A stretch of 53,258 nt of DNA, counting the filler, from Sphacelaria rigidula (lineage: Eukaryota), in NCBI GenBank assembly GCA_964200075.2. It is 4 parts of 4 records of this genome, joined end to end, with 100 filler letters (N's around TTAATTAATTAA, not from the genome) between each part and the next. Parts side by side here need not be neighbours in the genome. Positions count along the whole stretch, not along the records: positions 1 to 13,242 come from CAXNAA020003036.1; positions 13,343 to 26,581 come from CAXNAA020003037.1; 2 more parts are not named here. The stretch is one strand, 5' to 3'. The first letter of the stretch is position 1, and the number at the start of each line of letters is the position of its first letter. Positions 12,310 to 25,245 of this stretch are shown here, one piece after another. The notes beneath the pieces are model-generated. The model had not been told where the DNA came from. It saw only the letters and a program-made list of their open reading frames with translations, and searched no databases. Made by a program: the position numbers and the translations under genes.

Positions 12310-12557
12310 TGCATCACGCCTATCGAAAAAAAAGCCGACTGGCGCCCTGGAAAGCGTGCACATCTGGCTAGCTATCCCAGCTCCGACTCCAAGGAATAAA
12401 TAGGCATAGGCAGAGGGAGAGCAACTACACTCTTCGTCTTCTTCTCAGGAGTGTTGAAGGGGTTTGTCATGCGCCTCTCGATCGCTCCGTCCAGCAGCGA
12501 CAACACGCTTTGCGACAAGTGCTTCGTCAAGGCGCGCGCGTCCGAGCTCTGAAAGTC

Positions 12558-12852
12558 CTAGGACGGAGCGATCGAGAGGCGCATGACCAATTCCTTCCTG
12601 AACCCTGTTGAGGTCGATGAGGGAGTCGGCCTGGCGCTTGCACACGCCGCACGATCCCCTGCCCACCGTTTTCCCGTGGCAGGCCGCAACACGTGCATGG
12701 CAGTACTGTGGACCATTTCGCCGTCATCTTTCGTGCACCCATGGTTCGCCGTGGCGGGCGCCATGTCCTGGCGGCAGGTGGCACACGGCAGAGGGTCCCT
12801 ATCCTTGTCCTTTTGGGTCTGCTTCACCCAGCTGTTGCACGGGTGACGGCAC
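12558..12852 (-). pseudogene. Cys/His-rich exon-like segment, possibly a disrupted gene fragment
   Basis: Acceptor ttttacag|g at 12853 and coding-like GC. One frame reads CRHPCNSW..PCATCRQDM..NHGCT; a neighbouring frame reads YCHARVAACHG..CGVCKR, suggesting a frameshift. No family recognised. Confidence 0.35.
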
Positions 12853-13242
12853 CTGTAAAATTGAAAAGAGAGAGAGGGCGTTGGAGACCAAAATAAATAG
12901 ACAAGTTGGAAGGCGGGGTTTCATGGTGATGAACGAGACGCTGGCTCAGATTATATACGTCCTCTGTCCCATAAGTAAAGGTACCTAAACTTGTACGGGC
13001 CCTTAACGATGTTCGATATATATATATATACATATATTATATTCATGAGCTCTACGGTCTTTTTTAAAGAAAATGTGTTCAAAATTTGCAGCTCGTGCTT
13101 GAACCATGCCGCGGAACGGCTGCAAAAAAGTAGTCGGCCCAAAAAGGGCCGTTTTTTTACCCTTCCTAAGGGGAAAAAAAGCGTCGATTGTTTTTTTTTT
13201 TTAAATAGCGTGGGACTTCCTGGCAGCAAGCCCCAGTGAAGG

Positions 13243-13342
13243 NNNNNNNNNNNNNNNNNNNNNNNNNNNNNNNNNNNNNNNNNNNNTTAATTAATTAANN
13301 NNNNNNNNNNNNNNNNNNNNNNNNNNNNNNNNNNNNNNNNNN
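13243..13342. other. Artificial 100-nt contig spacer (N-TTAATTAATTAA-N)
   Basis: Six-frame stop linker inside an N-run; the same structure occurs at 26582-26681 and 39921-40020. Confidence 0.97.
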
Positions 13343-13596
13343 CCACCCCCATCGGGGGTCCGCCCCTACAAAGCCGGGACAGGAGGGGCAGGGGGGGGGG
13401 CTGCATATGTTTCGCCTGCCTAAGCTGTTGGATCAGTGACAACTGCGAGTGATTAAGGAAACAGGGGACGTGTACGGGGCGATGCAGTGGGAGGGCTATA
13501 TCTACCGTGCGGTAGTAGCTGCAGGTGAAGTGGTAATGTGACCTTCGAACCAAGACGTCTACAAAAAATAATCCCCAACTGCGGCCAACAACTAAC

Positions 13597-14589
13597 CTCG
13601 GAAAGCTTCCCCCCTCCGCCGCTACCAGTACTTTTGACCGCAGAACCTGCGCTACCCCCACTCCCAGATCTCGAAGACCCGCGGTTGCCCGTTCCTCCTT
13701 TTGCTTCCACTTTTTTAGCACCACTCGTCGATCGACCGCTGCCACCGCCTGCGACGCCGGAGTTGTCCCCTGCTGTCGCTGCTGCTGACGCCGCAAAACC
13801 TTCCTTGCCGCCGGTCGACAAGCCCGCTTTGCCTCTGGCGTTACTGCTGCCGGCGGCGCCCCTCTCACCGCTAGTACTGTCCTTGCTGCCACCACGGCGC
13901 TTGCTGCCGGATCCACCCTTGGCATTCCGGGGTGCCGCCGGGGTTGAAAAGGCGGATGCCGTCGACCCAGCCCCACCGCTATTGTTATCGCGTTTTGAGG
14001 CAGATCTGCCGCTACCGCTGTCAACCCCGCCGCGCTTCGAGCCACGATGACTCTTGCCTTGCCCACCACCGGGCGTTGCCGCCGGTGCTGGTGCTGTGCT
14101 GGACGATATCTTCGCGGTACTATTAGCAGATCCGGCGGCGCGCCCGATAGCTCGCTCGGCAGCTTCTGCGACGGCGGGGGACGGGAAGGATGCATTGCCG
14201 ACAAGGACAGGGTTCGTTCCTTGTTTCTGAGCGGTGGCTAGAGCCTGGAGTGCGAGTAGGCCGGAGCCGGGCACGAGCCCACCACTACCACTACCACTGC
14301 CCGCCGACGAAGTCGTCGTTTTCGCTCCGGCAGAAGCAGCAAGAGAAGGAGCAGCAGAACTCGTGTGCTTCAACAGCGCTATCGGCGGCGCGGTCGTGGA
14401 TGAGACGACAGAGCTGCTGACCGACCCTGTTGCATCGGTGGAAGGATTAGGTTTAGCTGCAGATGGACGGTTGCGTCCGCCACGCGATGACCTGCTCCGA
14501 CCCCTACCGCCACCGCCGGCGGCGGCACTGCTACTCTGTTTTTTGCTCTCACCCCCGCCTCCGCGGCGCCCCCCGGACCCAGAGCTCAT
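13597..14589 (-). CDS. First coding exon (331 codons) of a hypothetical protein with a Gly/Ser/Ala/Lys-rich disordered N-terminus
   Basis: Long GC-rich ORF MSSGSGGRRGGGGESKK...GGKLSE ending at donor GAG|gttagt. Downstream exons were not resolved because a gap follows. Confidence 0.78.
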
Positions 14590-16391
14590 GGGTGTTCAAG
14601 GAGGTGAGGGTGTTTCTTTTTGTTTATACCTTCGGAAACGCGGCAGGACATGGGAGACCAGCGTGAGGGGCGTTGATTCACTTCGGCACGAGGGAACCTA
14701 TTTGACAGAATTCCTGCAATAAACTCATGATTGAACACCAACACCGCACAGCACAGCATCGTATTGGCTACAAGAGTTAGGGTATCAAGGAAAGTTTAAA
14801 GTTTGGCCAGCGCGGAAAGATTTCGGACTGGCCCGAACTGGATGCAGCGGCAGGGCAAGAGCTAGTACCGCTTGCGGCAAAACAAAATAAACGTGTTCGG
14901 GCAAGAGAACGGACTCAAGGCTCATGCTAGTCTAGGGCGGGAATGGAGCCGTACACATTGAGGGCAATGTGGACCCTCGGAAAGGCAGGGGAGTTGGATT
15001 TCACCCTCTGCGCCGCGCTTGGGGTGCCTGAGCCTTGAGTCGGGAGTCTCGAAAGCTACTGATAGAGTCATCCTGAGTGCCAACGATGCGAGATCCAACA
15101 TTTGCCGTTTCGTCGTAGACGGCTAACGGCATGCAAAATGGCAAATGAAGCAAGAGCCTTTAGTACAACGACTTCACGAGCTCTGAACGCCAGCGCACAG
15201 ACCGACGGTATGACAAGCGCGCTAGATAGTATCATGGCACTTTCACCCTCAGCCAGACGGGCTCGGGGACATGCATAGACGAGGATACAGTCATGTGTTG
15301 AGTTTGGGAATCAACCTTTGATCACTTTTCACCGACAGCTCAACACAGCTTCCAACAATTCTAGCATACGACGCTGTTGAACAAGTTGCCTCTGCAGACT
15401 TCGACAGACACAGCGCCGCCAAAATCAGTGCGATCAAGCACTTCAATGTATATCGACCATACAAGCAATCACCTTCCGGGGTCAGCAAATGCTTGGCGGG
15501 ACCATGCTGGCACAGCAGTATATTGACTGCTGTTGTGCTGAATTACTGAAGGGGATGGTACGGTAGAGCCGTGCGGTGTGTTGCCCATCTTAACAACTCA
15601 TTGCACTCTACTGTTGCGCTATAATTTACTCCTAGCGGCATACCTTCACGTCGTAGGTTGGTAGACACCCGCAGCTTGACACCCTCCAGTGCTAGATCCG
15701 TACTGTAGTGGGCTCTACTGAATGTGGTGCTGAGTAGACTCGTGACCCACGCATAAAGTGCCAGAGAGTGACCTCGCCTTGAATTAAATTTAAACCTTAG
15801 AACACCATAGATTTTTATCAGAGCAGTTCCCGTTGGTCACAAGTACCTATGCACACAGAGAGCAGTGTGCGCGCCAGATTCACTTTATGGGACAGGGGAA
15901 TAGTACCTTATCATTCACCAAAATGGCAGCACCAAAAGTTTGATGTGTATGAAATGGTCGCTGACGCTTTTTTTGTTTTTATTAAACCAGAAAAAAAGCG
16001 TGTGGTTGTACTCGTAGATTGAACGACGGGAGAGAGAAATATAGAGTGAATTCAATGTGATGATGAAAAATAACAAGAGACAAATGTTTATGTAATGGCA
16101 AACCCCAGGGTACTTTCAAGCTACAGAGAGGGAAAGAACTCACGGAGACAGAGGCGGACAGCGATGTTTTGAAATGCTGGTGCTCAAGCAATGAGCAATG
16201 CGCGTACTACAGCGTAGCAGCTGATCAAAGGGTGATTCATTAAAAAAAAGCAAACTGCACACTTTTATTGGAATTTCCGGTGTGTGTGCGCGTGTCTCAC
16301 AGACAGCCAAACCAACCTTTGGGGGGCAACAGGGGCCGTAAGGTACGGTGGGGGGCAAGCGGCATCTCTCGGATAGCCAGCCCTCAGCATC

Positions 16392-16589
16392 ATGGCTACA
16401 ATAACCACTCCTGAAGCTTCAGAGGGGAAAAAACAGAACAATGTGTGCGGAGATTGCGAGGGATCCGGGGCGAACATCATTTGTAAGGGGGAGTGCGGGC
16501 GTGCCTTCCACGATGCGTGTACGGGCGTGACTTTGGCTGAAGCAACTTCCAAGGGCTGGCGCTGTAGGCGCTGTGTGAAGATCTCGGTG
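16392..16589 (+). CDS. Exon encoding a PHD-type (C4HC3) zinc finger
   Basis: VCGDC..IICKGECGRAFHDAC..GWRCRRC fits the PHD consensus including the W-x-C-x2-C end; donor GTG|gtgagc, phase 0. Confidence 0.85.
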
Positions 16590-18604
16590 GTGAGCCACAG
16601 CATACAAAATGAAGTACAGTGCATAAGAGACCGTGGGAGTTTTTTCATCTGGAGATGCCCTCGGACATGTGCAACAGAGCGCTGGTACTTCATGGTGCCA
16701 TGTCGATTGGCTTTTGTAATTGGTTCGGCAACTTGTTTCATCGGATGTCCAACAATGGTATGTTACCTCTTGTCTGTGACAGGAGTACAACAGTACAGAG
16801 TACAGTATCGGTGTCCCTTTATTATTTTGAGCATTGTGACTGCACGAGATCCTTTGATCAGATCATCAGGTGTCACCTTGTCACGCAAATGTGTGCGTGA
16901 GGTATCCTGGGGTACGTGTAGTTTCTGCTCTGTGGCACGGGACCTTTTCTTCTTTACAACATGAACACACCCATACTCTGACTAATGCAGTATCGTCTGC
17001 CAACGTTTAGACATGGTGACTGGCGTGTTCCGGAGTGAACGGAGTGAAACATCTGGACCGCTGGTAGGATTTGTAGTCATCTGGGCTGCAACCCTCCACC
17101 CGTCAAGTGTGTTTCCGTTTTGCGCATATGCGGTCCTGACGATGTGTGGTGTAGCTTTTTTCTTTCGCTTCTTTTCAGTTGATTTGATGTGTTCTGTCCA
17201 TCCACTCCGACCAGTCGAACGGAAACTTTTGTTTCCCGTCCGGCATGTCATATTCATTTCTCCCCTGCCCTGCATATTATTTGATACGCTGCTTTGCAAA
17301 TGGTGGGCGTTCGGTTCACGCTCCCCCCGCGCCCGACTGCGCCCGTTGTCAGTCTTGGGGTCTGATATTGATATCGGTGGAAATTGTCAGTAAGCTACGA
17401 CGGGGTGTCCGGGCTTCTTTCTTCTGTCAACACGGCGCATGTGTGTGTTAGCGCTCTGTGGCGGGATGAACATGAAGTAAGCGAGTGCTCCTCAGTGTGT
17501 CGTGTGACTTGTGCGCATTATGTGCACAATGTACATTGGGTCGAATGGCCAATTAACGTTTGAGTCCATCTGCTCCATAACGTGTTGTCTAAGAATGACA
17601 ATCCATCATGCAGCACTAAACTTACCACCGCATACTTATGGTGATACAGGACCCTCAAAGATCGGTCAAGCCCGTAAGTCACTCAATACTTATTTAATTG
17701 ATTAAGTAAATTCGAGGATGGATGGATGGTTGCTTTTTATTTTTGAGGATGGTTGGTTTTATTTATTGCACAAGGGAAAGACAAGACAAATATATTGCAC
17801 GAAATGAAAGAGTTTCCGTACTCCAGTAGTATTCTACCGTTGTAGCGAACATGTCGGTGTACCATACCAGGCGCTGTGCTGTACCGCTTTACATGGTACT
17901 TTCAGTGTAACGGCACGATGTGTCAGGTATTTAGGCATGTGAATACTGTGTGTTGATGTAATTGGCGGCGCATGAGTTCCCAACAACGTGGTTGCTGTGA
18001 GCAATCACCTTACGGATGGCAAAGCGGTACGGCCGTGTATTGAGACCGATACACACGGGTCAAAATCAATGTTGCTTTTATTGCCGTTGATCAGCAGCAA
18101 CACATCGATATATTGCAACGCATTATATGGTGATCATCCGCTGAGTATACACGAGCTACTGCCAGCTGTGGTGAAATTTGCCCCGGCTACTCCCCGCAGA
18201 AGCAGCAGGAGCCCGCCCCATGCGGGAGACCAGGAGCATGAACAACAGCAGCCCTAGCTCGCACGGGTCACCTCCCAAAATATGGACGTCCAACAGCGAT
18301 TCCGATGCTTCTCAGCAAATATACACTACGAAGTATCAAACGATACTGAATGTACCGTAATTTTCAACATTTTCGCTGCTGCACTTTTTTATATACAATT
18401 AATTTTGTGCGCGGAAAATGCTGCTTTTCGGCGGTCAACCATGAGCTCGATTTTTAGAGATGAAGTCAAAACGCGTATTTTACTTGCCTCCGGCGGCGTC
18501 TCCTGCGGGACCCCCTCATCAGCGAATGGGGGGGAAGGGGAATCGGGGACCTTGTGGCTCGGGCTACGCCCTCGCGGTCCGTGCCTGTGGCACGAGGGTG
18601 GCGT

Positions 18605-19346
18605 GCCAGCGCAGGCAGAGCAACAGAGCCCGCCGGCAGAGTAGAACCAGTTCCACGGTACATTTGCGCAGACCCGGCGGTCCAACCAACACCACTTTTG
18701 AATCCACTCGCCTATAACAAGGTCGGCACACCATTTTCGAACCCACCCGCGCGAAACAGAGCCAGCAAATAGCACATGCCATGGCGCACATACCCACAAC
18801 ACCACAGTTAACACGCATGCATTGACAGACGAATTGTCCGAAGCTGGCAGGTAGCCGACCCGCGTACTTGAGTGTGTACATGATTAGTTTTCATTAAATA
18901 TATACTCCACAGATGGTACAGTACCACGTAGCATTGTTCACAATACAGGCAAAAGTGGACGGTGCGGTACGGACAGAACAATGGTGCAGACAGCACTGTG
19001 CGACAGGCACCGTAAGATCTGGTGGTGACGGTAGCATTCATGGGACTGAAAGCCGTGAACACAAGTAACGTCTACCGTCAGCACAGATGGTTTGATGATG
19101 ACACCGTCGAACGGGTGTTCGACACTGCCGTTGTTGTCCCTCGCCATCCGCACAACGAGTGATGAAGGAGTGAGATGACATCGAGCACACTCCGGCCTCG
19201 TGGTTATGAAAAACAAAAAGAGATACGCGGTTTGATTGGGTATCTCAGGTGCAAAACGGTGTTGGCTGGACCGGCGGGTCTTCACAAATGTACTGTGAAA
19301 CTGGTCCTACTCTTCCGGCGGGTTCTGGTACTTTGCCTGCGCCGGC
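18605..19346. repeat. Pair of diverged ~89-bp inverted repeats (18605-18693 and 19258-19346)
   Basis: gccagcgcaggcagag..ccaaccaacacc vs ggtgttggctgg..gcctgcgccggc. Confidence 0.75.
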
Positions 19347-20301
19347 GGATATACGCTGGGCGCGCGAAGAGACCCACACAACATGATGTGGTGCTAATGT
19401 ACAGTTCTCTTGATGAAACGTACCAATATACAGCCCTACAGAGTGGAGACTCCAGACACCCTTAAGGACAGGCGCGCAGTGGATATAGGTGACTGCTGAT
19501 TTGTGCATATCTTGCCATTATGAAGTAGGCAACAACAGCACCTATTGTACAATGTAAGGCTCTCATGAAGACGAGGATCCCTTCGCCGATAGATCGCCGC
19601 TTGGAACCTCAGCTTGCTGTGCTAGGTGGTTTGAGTTCTTCATGAAGAGACAGCAGCACCTCCGCACAAAAAAGTCCTCCGCCACCCGAATGGTTGATCG
19701 CCTTCGTACTAGGAAATTATCCTATGCTTGAATTATGTATCACCTGCTGCGAACAAAACTCGAAAGTAATCACGGCCTGTCGGGGATGCACGTAGACAGA
19801 GAGCCCGCAACCGGTATCGTGCATCTGCAACTGTATTAACTGGTGCATTATTGCCAAGATGTCCACCCGGGTAATGAGTACTCGTTGGAGTAGGACGGTG
19901 GCGCTTCGAAAGTGACACATACACAAGCTGCTGGTAGAAGTGATCACTTTTCACAGGTTAGCATCCAAGATGAAAGCTTCGCGGCCGATAGGATGATACT
20001 GGGAAGTCAACTTGTAATACAGCACGAGCTGGGCACTACTTTCGTTTTCTTGTGGAACACGTGCATACTTTATTCAAAGCGCGGATACTACTCCGTGAAA
20101 AAGTCGAATCACCAAAAGCGTCTATTGAGAGGCTCATGGAATAAGTAAGGGTCGGGGGGGGAGGGGGGGGGGGGGGGGGGGGGGAGGCGTGGGCACTCAT
20201 TTCGGGGTAGCTGCATAAATAATGGCGGTGGCCGCAAACCAATTGACTGCCGCTTCCGGNNNNNNNNNNAGAGGAGGGGAAGGGGGGGGGGGGGGGTGGG
20301 A

Positions 20302-20345
<44 letters not shown>

Positions 20346-22136
20346 GATGTGGATACCACCTTTACAGACGGGTTATAGTAAAACTGGTGACCTTACCACA
20401 GGTGTCGAAGCCTTGATCGCCCCCGCCACTGAAGTATTCATCACCCCCCATGAGTAATTAACGCCGAGCGCTTTCAGTTTATATCTACAGAATCGTTTGT
20501 GTGTATAAAGCACACAACAAAAACGTAACGCTCAATTTTTGGCAGCGTAGACTGTTCAACGGTACCCATCTGATTAGAATCGTTGTTTGGGCGTGTCATT
20601 TCAATATCGAATTCCGCTGATTCCTGCGTTGTATTGCCCCTGGTCTTGGTCTGTAGCGTAGAAATATGCAGACTTTGGTTCAATCGTTGCCGCTGATGCG
20701 AGCTTTTACCCTCTTGTACTTTTCAGTGCATGAGATCGTTGCCACCTCTAACATCAGAGAGACGAAATGGAGCTGGGTGGTGTTGAGAGCTAAAGTCGTG
20801 GGGATAATAAGCGGGTACTAAAACCGTGAGACGAAGGTGGAGAACGTGTGTCACAAGGACGAGTTCGGGGGTTTAAACGGAGAGCTCGGAGTTGGGAGGC
20901 AGGATTGACACCGCGAGTAATCAGCAACACCAGATTCGTCGACGGAGCAAAGCCCTTTAGCGCCGCAGGTCTACTCCATGTCGACCGTTCTACACGGGAA
21001 AGTCGGAACAATTTCCCGTCACAACCTACCTGATTTTGTCATGATATGCGCCCATCTTGGTTTTGTTACGGGTTTATCATTTCACTGATTTTGGGGAATT
21101 CCGGGGCTAAAAACCCAGCCGCAATGCGTGCCCCAAATAGGACTATAAAGTTGCCACCTATTGCCGTGGCACGTTGCGATTTTCCTATTTTCGGTGTTGC
21201 AAGGGTGGAAACATGGCACGTCACGTACATGTGTTGGAGGCCGTCAGGCTGCGTTGCTGTCGAAATAACGTACCTCTCCCTGTGGTTCCACCACGACTTG
21301 GAAATGCAGCTACAAATCGGGCGGCCACCGTGATACTCACGCAATCAACTACAAGCATTATTGCCGTAGTCGTATCTCTTCTGCAGCATTCACAAGCTCA
21401 CACCGCACTTACAGCTTCTGTTGTACTTTCGTACATGAACAGCTTCGACCGTGCTTTTCTGATATCTAGTCTACCGTCAAGGTCATGCGTACCCTTGCTC
21501 TCCCGAGGCTGGACTGGCCCCGGGCACCCGTCAGCATTACCGGGTGATTGTAGTGTAAAATCGTGCGAAATTCCTTTGCTCGATTCCCATATCAGCGCCA
21601 CGGGTCAATCATGATAATATATACCGATATATGTTACCAATATTTCGATTTCAGTTGAGTTCCGTATCACCCAGATATCCCTCATGCTGTTTCGAAATGA
21701 GATCCGACACGCAGGGGTTGGCTGTCCCTTGCCCCTCCGGGACTGAGATTGCAGGGGTTGACATGTCACCTTAAAGTACAGTTGCCTTGAAAGATGCGTA
21801 TCATACACCACAGGATTCCTCTGTGCAGGTCTAGCTCTGCACTCGAGGACTCTGGAGTCTATCAAGCGGCTTGCAGAGCTCCTTTCGCAATGTCGCTGCA
21901 AACGATGCGCAACGGCAGACATCTGTGGCCCACGTCTTGGAGTTTTCATGGGCCTCACCCCCGTGCGCGTCGTAGTGGAGAGCCTTGAGGAAATTTGAGA
22001 TTTCGCGCATGTTCCTGTATAGGTTTGGTGACAAATGGGCGTGAAATGTTTTGGTCCTATATTTAGCCCGCTTGCTCCAGCTTGTCGGTAGCATATCATG
22101 CAAGCGGCGTCAGCCAAATAAGTCAGTCTGGGGGAT

Positions 22137-22300
22137 GTGTGTATGTTACTCTGTGTCACCGTGCTGCCGGTCGATGTGGAGCGAGAATTCTTCATCCCAG
22201 GCTGCGCGGATGAAGTAGGGGATGTCATAGATAAACGCTCTGCTGAGAAGAACAGGCTGGAAGTCGATACTTACCTGCTTACTGTTCGTCGAAACGTGAG
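22137..22300 (+). pseudogene. Possible decayed hAT transposase C-terminal fragment
   Basis: VLPVDVEREF..KNRLEVDT loosely resembles the hAT dimerisation motif (P..S..ERxFS..RNRL); weak. Confidence 0.25.
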
Positions 22301-22632
22301 AGTTGACCCGTGCGGGTCGGGCTTCTGGTCGGAGCTAACGTAGCGAAACGGTTGGCTGCTGTCATGAGCGACAGGTTGTACTACAGTACCTGTAATATCC
22401 GTGCTACAGCGTGTTCGACAACACTTGGGACGACCATACTAGTCTGATGATCGAGAGATGAAAAGTCATTCAGGACAACTCTATGATAATACCTCGTTTT
22501 AGCCGAAAAATAATACCCTACGTGGACTGGCGGCGAAGAAAAAAGCAGTCGTCAATATATTTTTTCTCTTGCTCTCTGTATCCGTGAATCGCATTGCGCC
22601 GCATGCTCTATTCCACCGTTATATTTCATCAG

Positions 22633-25245
22633 GCTGGTGGTGGGGGTAACAGTAACACCGCCGCCCCTTCGGGTGACGAAGGCGTTACTGCTGTCGTAGT
22701 CGAGGCCGCCGCTGCCGCCGCAGCGGCGGCAGCAGTCGCGGCAGCAGCTTCAACCCCTGCAGAAGACGTGAGTGCGTCGTTAACAACGTCGACTCCGACT
22801 TCTGCTGAGGATGGAGCACCCACCAGTCCGGCCGAAGGCGTATGTGCCGACATGGCAATATCAGAGCCGGAACCCGAACGACAAAGTGACCAAGTTTCGG
22901 AGACGAAGGCCGTGGAAGAAAATGGAGAATCGAACGCTGCAACTGGTGGCGCTGGAGAAGGAGGACCAGACGAACAGGACATGCTTGCGACTCCAACCCC
23001 CCGGACCACCCGTCGAACGGCGGCTATGATGCTGGAGGCCGGCGAATCTGACTCTGGCGGTTCTCCCTCTGGCAGACGCGCCACACGGTCTGGTCGCGGC
23101 CGGGGTGACCGCAGCGGCGAGCCGGTGGCGGTGGCGGTAGCGGCAGCGAGAGAAAGACAGAGAGGTCGGGGGCGTCCACCCAAAGATACCCAGCAGCCGG
23201 AGGCGCAGGAGAAGAGTCAAGACGAGCCAGAAGTGGGAGATGGCGCCCCAGTCCCGGTGGGGTCTGCTGATGCCGATAGCGATGTTGTAGGCGCAGAAAC
23301 ACAGTCAATGAGGGATGAAAATGATGAAAAATTGTCGACGGGTAGAGGTAATGGGGAAAGTAGCACCAAGGACGACAGGGTGTTGTCGGGTGATGGTATT
23401 TCACCGCCCAGAGAACCCGCCGATGAGGGTGATGTCCAGGCCGCGACAGCGGACAGTCATCCCGTAGCCAACACTCTTACTCGAAGAGATTCTTCCGAAA
23501 GTACGGATACAGAAGATGGAGGGGATTGTGAGAGTAAGGGGGCAGTAGACGGTAGTGATGGTGCTGCTGTGGAAGACCCCGCCGGTGCTACGGCAGCCGT
23601 AGGATCTTTCGTTGTGGGTGATGTCGGGGGCCAAAGTGTGCCCGAAATCGTGGGACAAGAGACTGAGACCAGTAGTGATACCAAAGAGGCAGTTGGCGAC
23701 GGTGTTGTTGCTGTCGAGGAAGCGGTCGCCGGCGCATCCGAGGCAGCCGCAGCCCCAGTGGTAGATCCTCCTGTTGTTGTCGGTGTAGCACATGAAACCC
23801 CAGGTGAACGTACGGATGTGGAAGGTGATCAGCATGTCCACGTGAGTAGCAGCGAGCAGCTCGCGGGCGGGCAGCAACCTTCCCCCGAAGCAATGGACGT
23901 GTCGGAGGAGCAAGACAGCGGCGATGCAGTAGCAGCCGCAAGCAAAGATCCGGTGCTAGGAGAAGCGGGGACTAGCGGTAATGAACACGGCAACGTCGGC
24001 AGCTCGGATGACGTCGAGATTGCTGGAATGGTCAAAGCTGACGGAGAAGGCAAGACCAAGCCGGAAAACAAGGAGGGCAATAGCAGCAGGGCGGCAGCGG
24101 ACACCGGTAGTGGAAACATCTCCGGACTGACACAGACAGGGAACGCTGCCGATACTACTATCGATCGTGGTGAGGGTGCCGCGGTTGAAGTCGCGGAGGT
24201 CTTGACCGAGACGAAATTACTCAGTTCTTCGGGAATGGACATGAGCGGTGATTATCGGGAAGAGGAGGTACTCGATTTCGAAGCTTTGAGTGAGGGACAT
24301 GGAGAACCTCTGACGTCCGACGAAGTGGCTGACATGAGCACCGCCGCGAAGCAGGTGGGTTTTTCGACCGACGCGAGTCCCATCGGCGATGCTGTTGTCT
24401 CCACAGATGCGGCGACGGGTAGCACGATGGCGGCTGCGCAAGCTGTGGAAGGTGCTGCGGGTGCTGCCGATCCACCCAGTAGTCCTGCCGAGACAGCAGT
24501 ACAGCTTGCTGGTGGTGATGATGGTGACGGTGGCGATGGTGATGGTGGGTCGAAGGATGCGGGTACCGGGGATGGCGCCGTCAAAACGGACGCCCCCCGT
24601 GTCCATGGTGCGTCAGGTGCCGAGGAAGATTCTTCGGAAGGTGTCGCGACGAGAGCCGAGAAAAAGCCTGCGGACGCTGCGGCGGATGCCGCTGGGAGCG
24701 GAGCTACAGAAGCATCGGAAGGGGCGGCATCGGCCCTTGCCGATGAGGATGCTGTTACCGCTGGCAAGACCGCGGAGAATGGGGACTCTGGCGCAACGGC
24801 TGTTGCCCCCGCTACCGGTGAGGTTGTTGGCTCAAAGAAAAAAGCAGTGGGCGAGGGAAAGTCTGCGGCCGCGCAGGTCCGTCGGTTGCACGGGACGGGT
24901 CTATCGGTAGTTGTGAAAAAGAATAAATCGAAGGAGAAGAAGGGGCCCAGCTCGAAGAAGAGCTCCAAGGCGAGTGGCGACAAGTCTTCTTCGGTGACCG
25001 GAGATGCGGTGGAATCTGGAGCGTCGTCATCCAAATCCAGCAAGGCCAAGAAGAAGGAGGCCAAGTCTGGAAGTAAAAGCTCGAGTAAAGTCTCTGGGAA
25101 AGCTGCCAAGGCTGTGGCCAAGGCCGGGTTGAAGGCAAAAGCAGGCACGAAGATCGGTAGCAAGGTTGGTGCCGTCGAGAAATCCGACACGGACAGAGGG
25201 AGGGGGACCAAGGTACTGAAAGGACGAGGCAAAACAGATAAAGAG
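22633..25245 (+). CDS. 2613-bp exon (871 aa), acidic Ala/Gly-rich disordered region ending in a Lys/Ser-rich tract; probably the same gene as the PHD exon
   Basis: Acceptor ttcatcag|GCT and donor GAG|gtgagt, phase 0-0, compatible with the PHD exon donor. Open frame throughout; contains RGRGRPPK (AT-hook-like). Confidence 0.88.

Noticed and set aside
12852..13597. Direct splicing of the 14589-13597 exon to the 12852 acceptor
   Set aside because: A phase-0 join hits TAG after 17 codons, and the two lie on different contigs.
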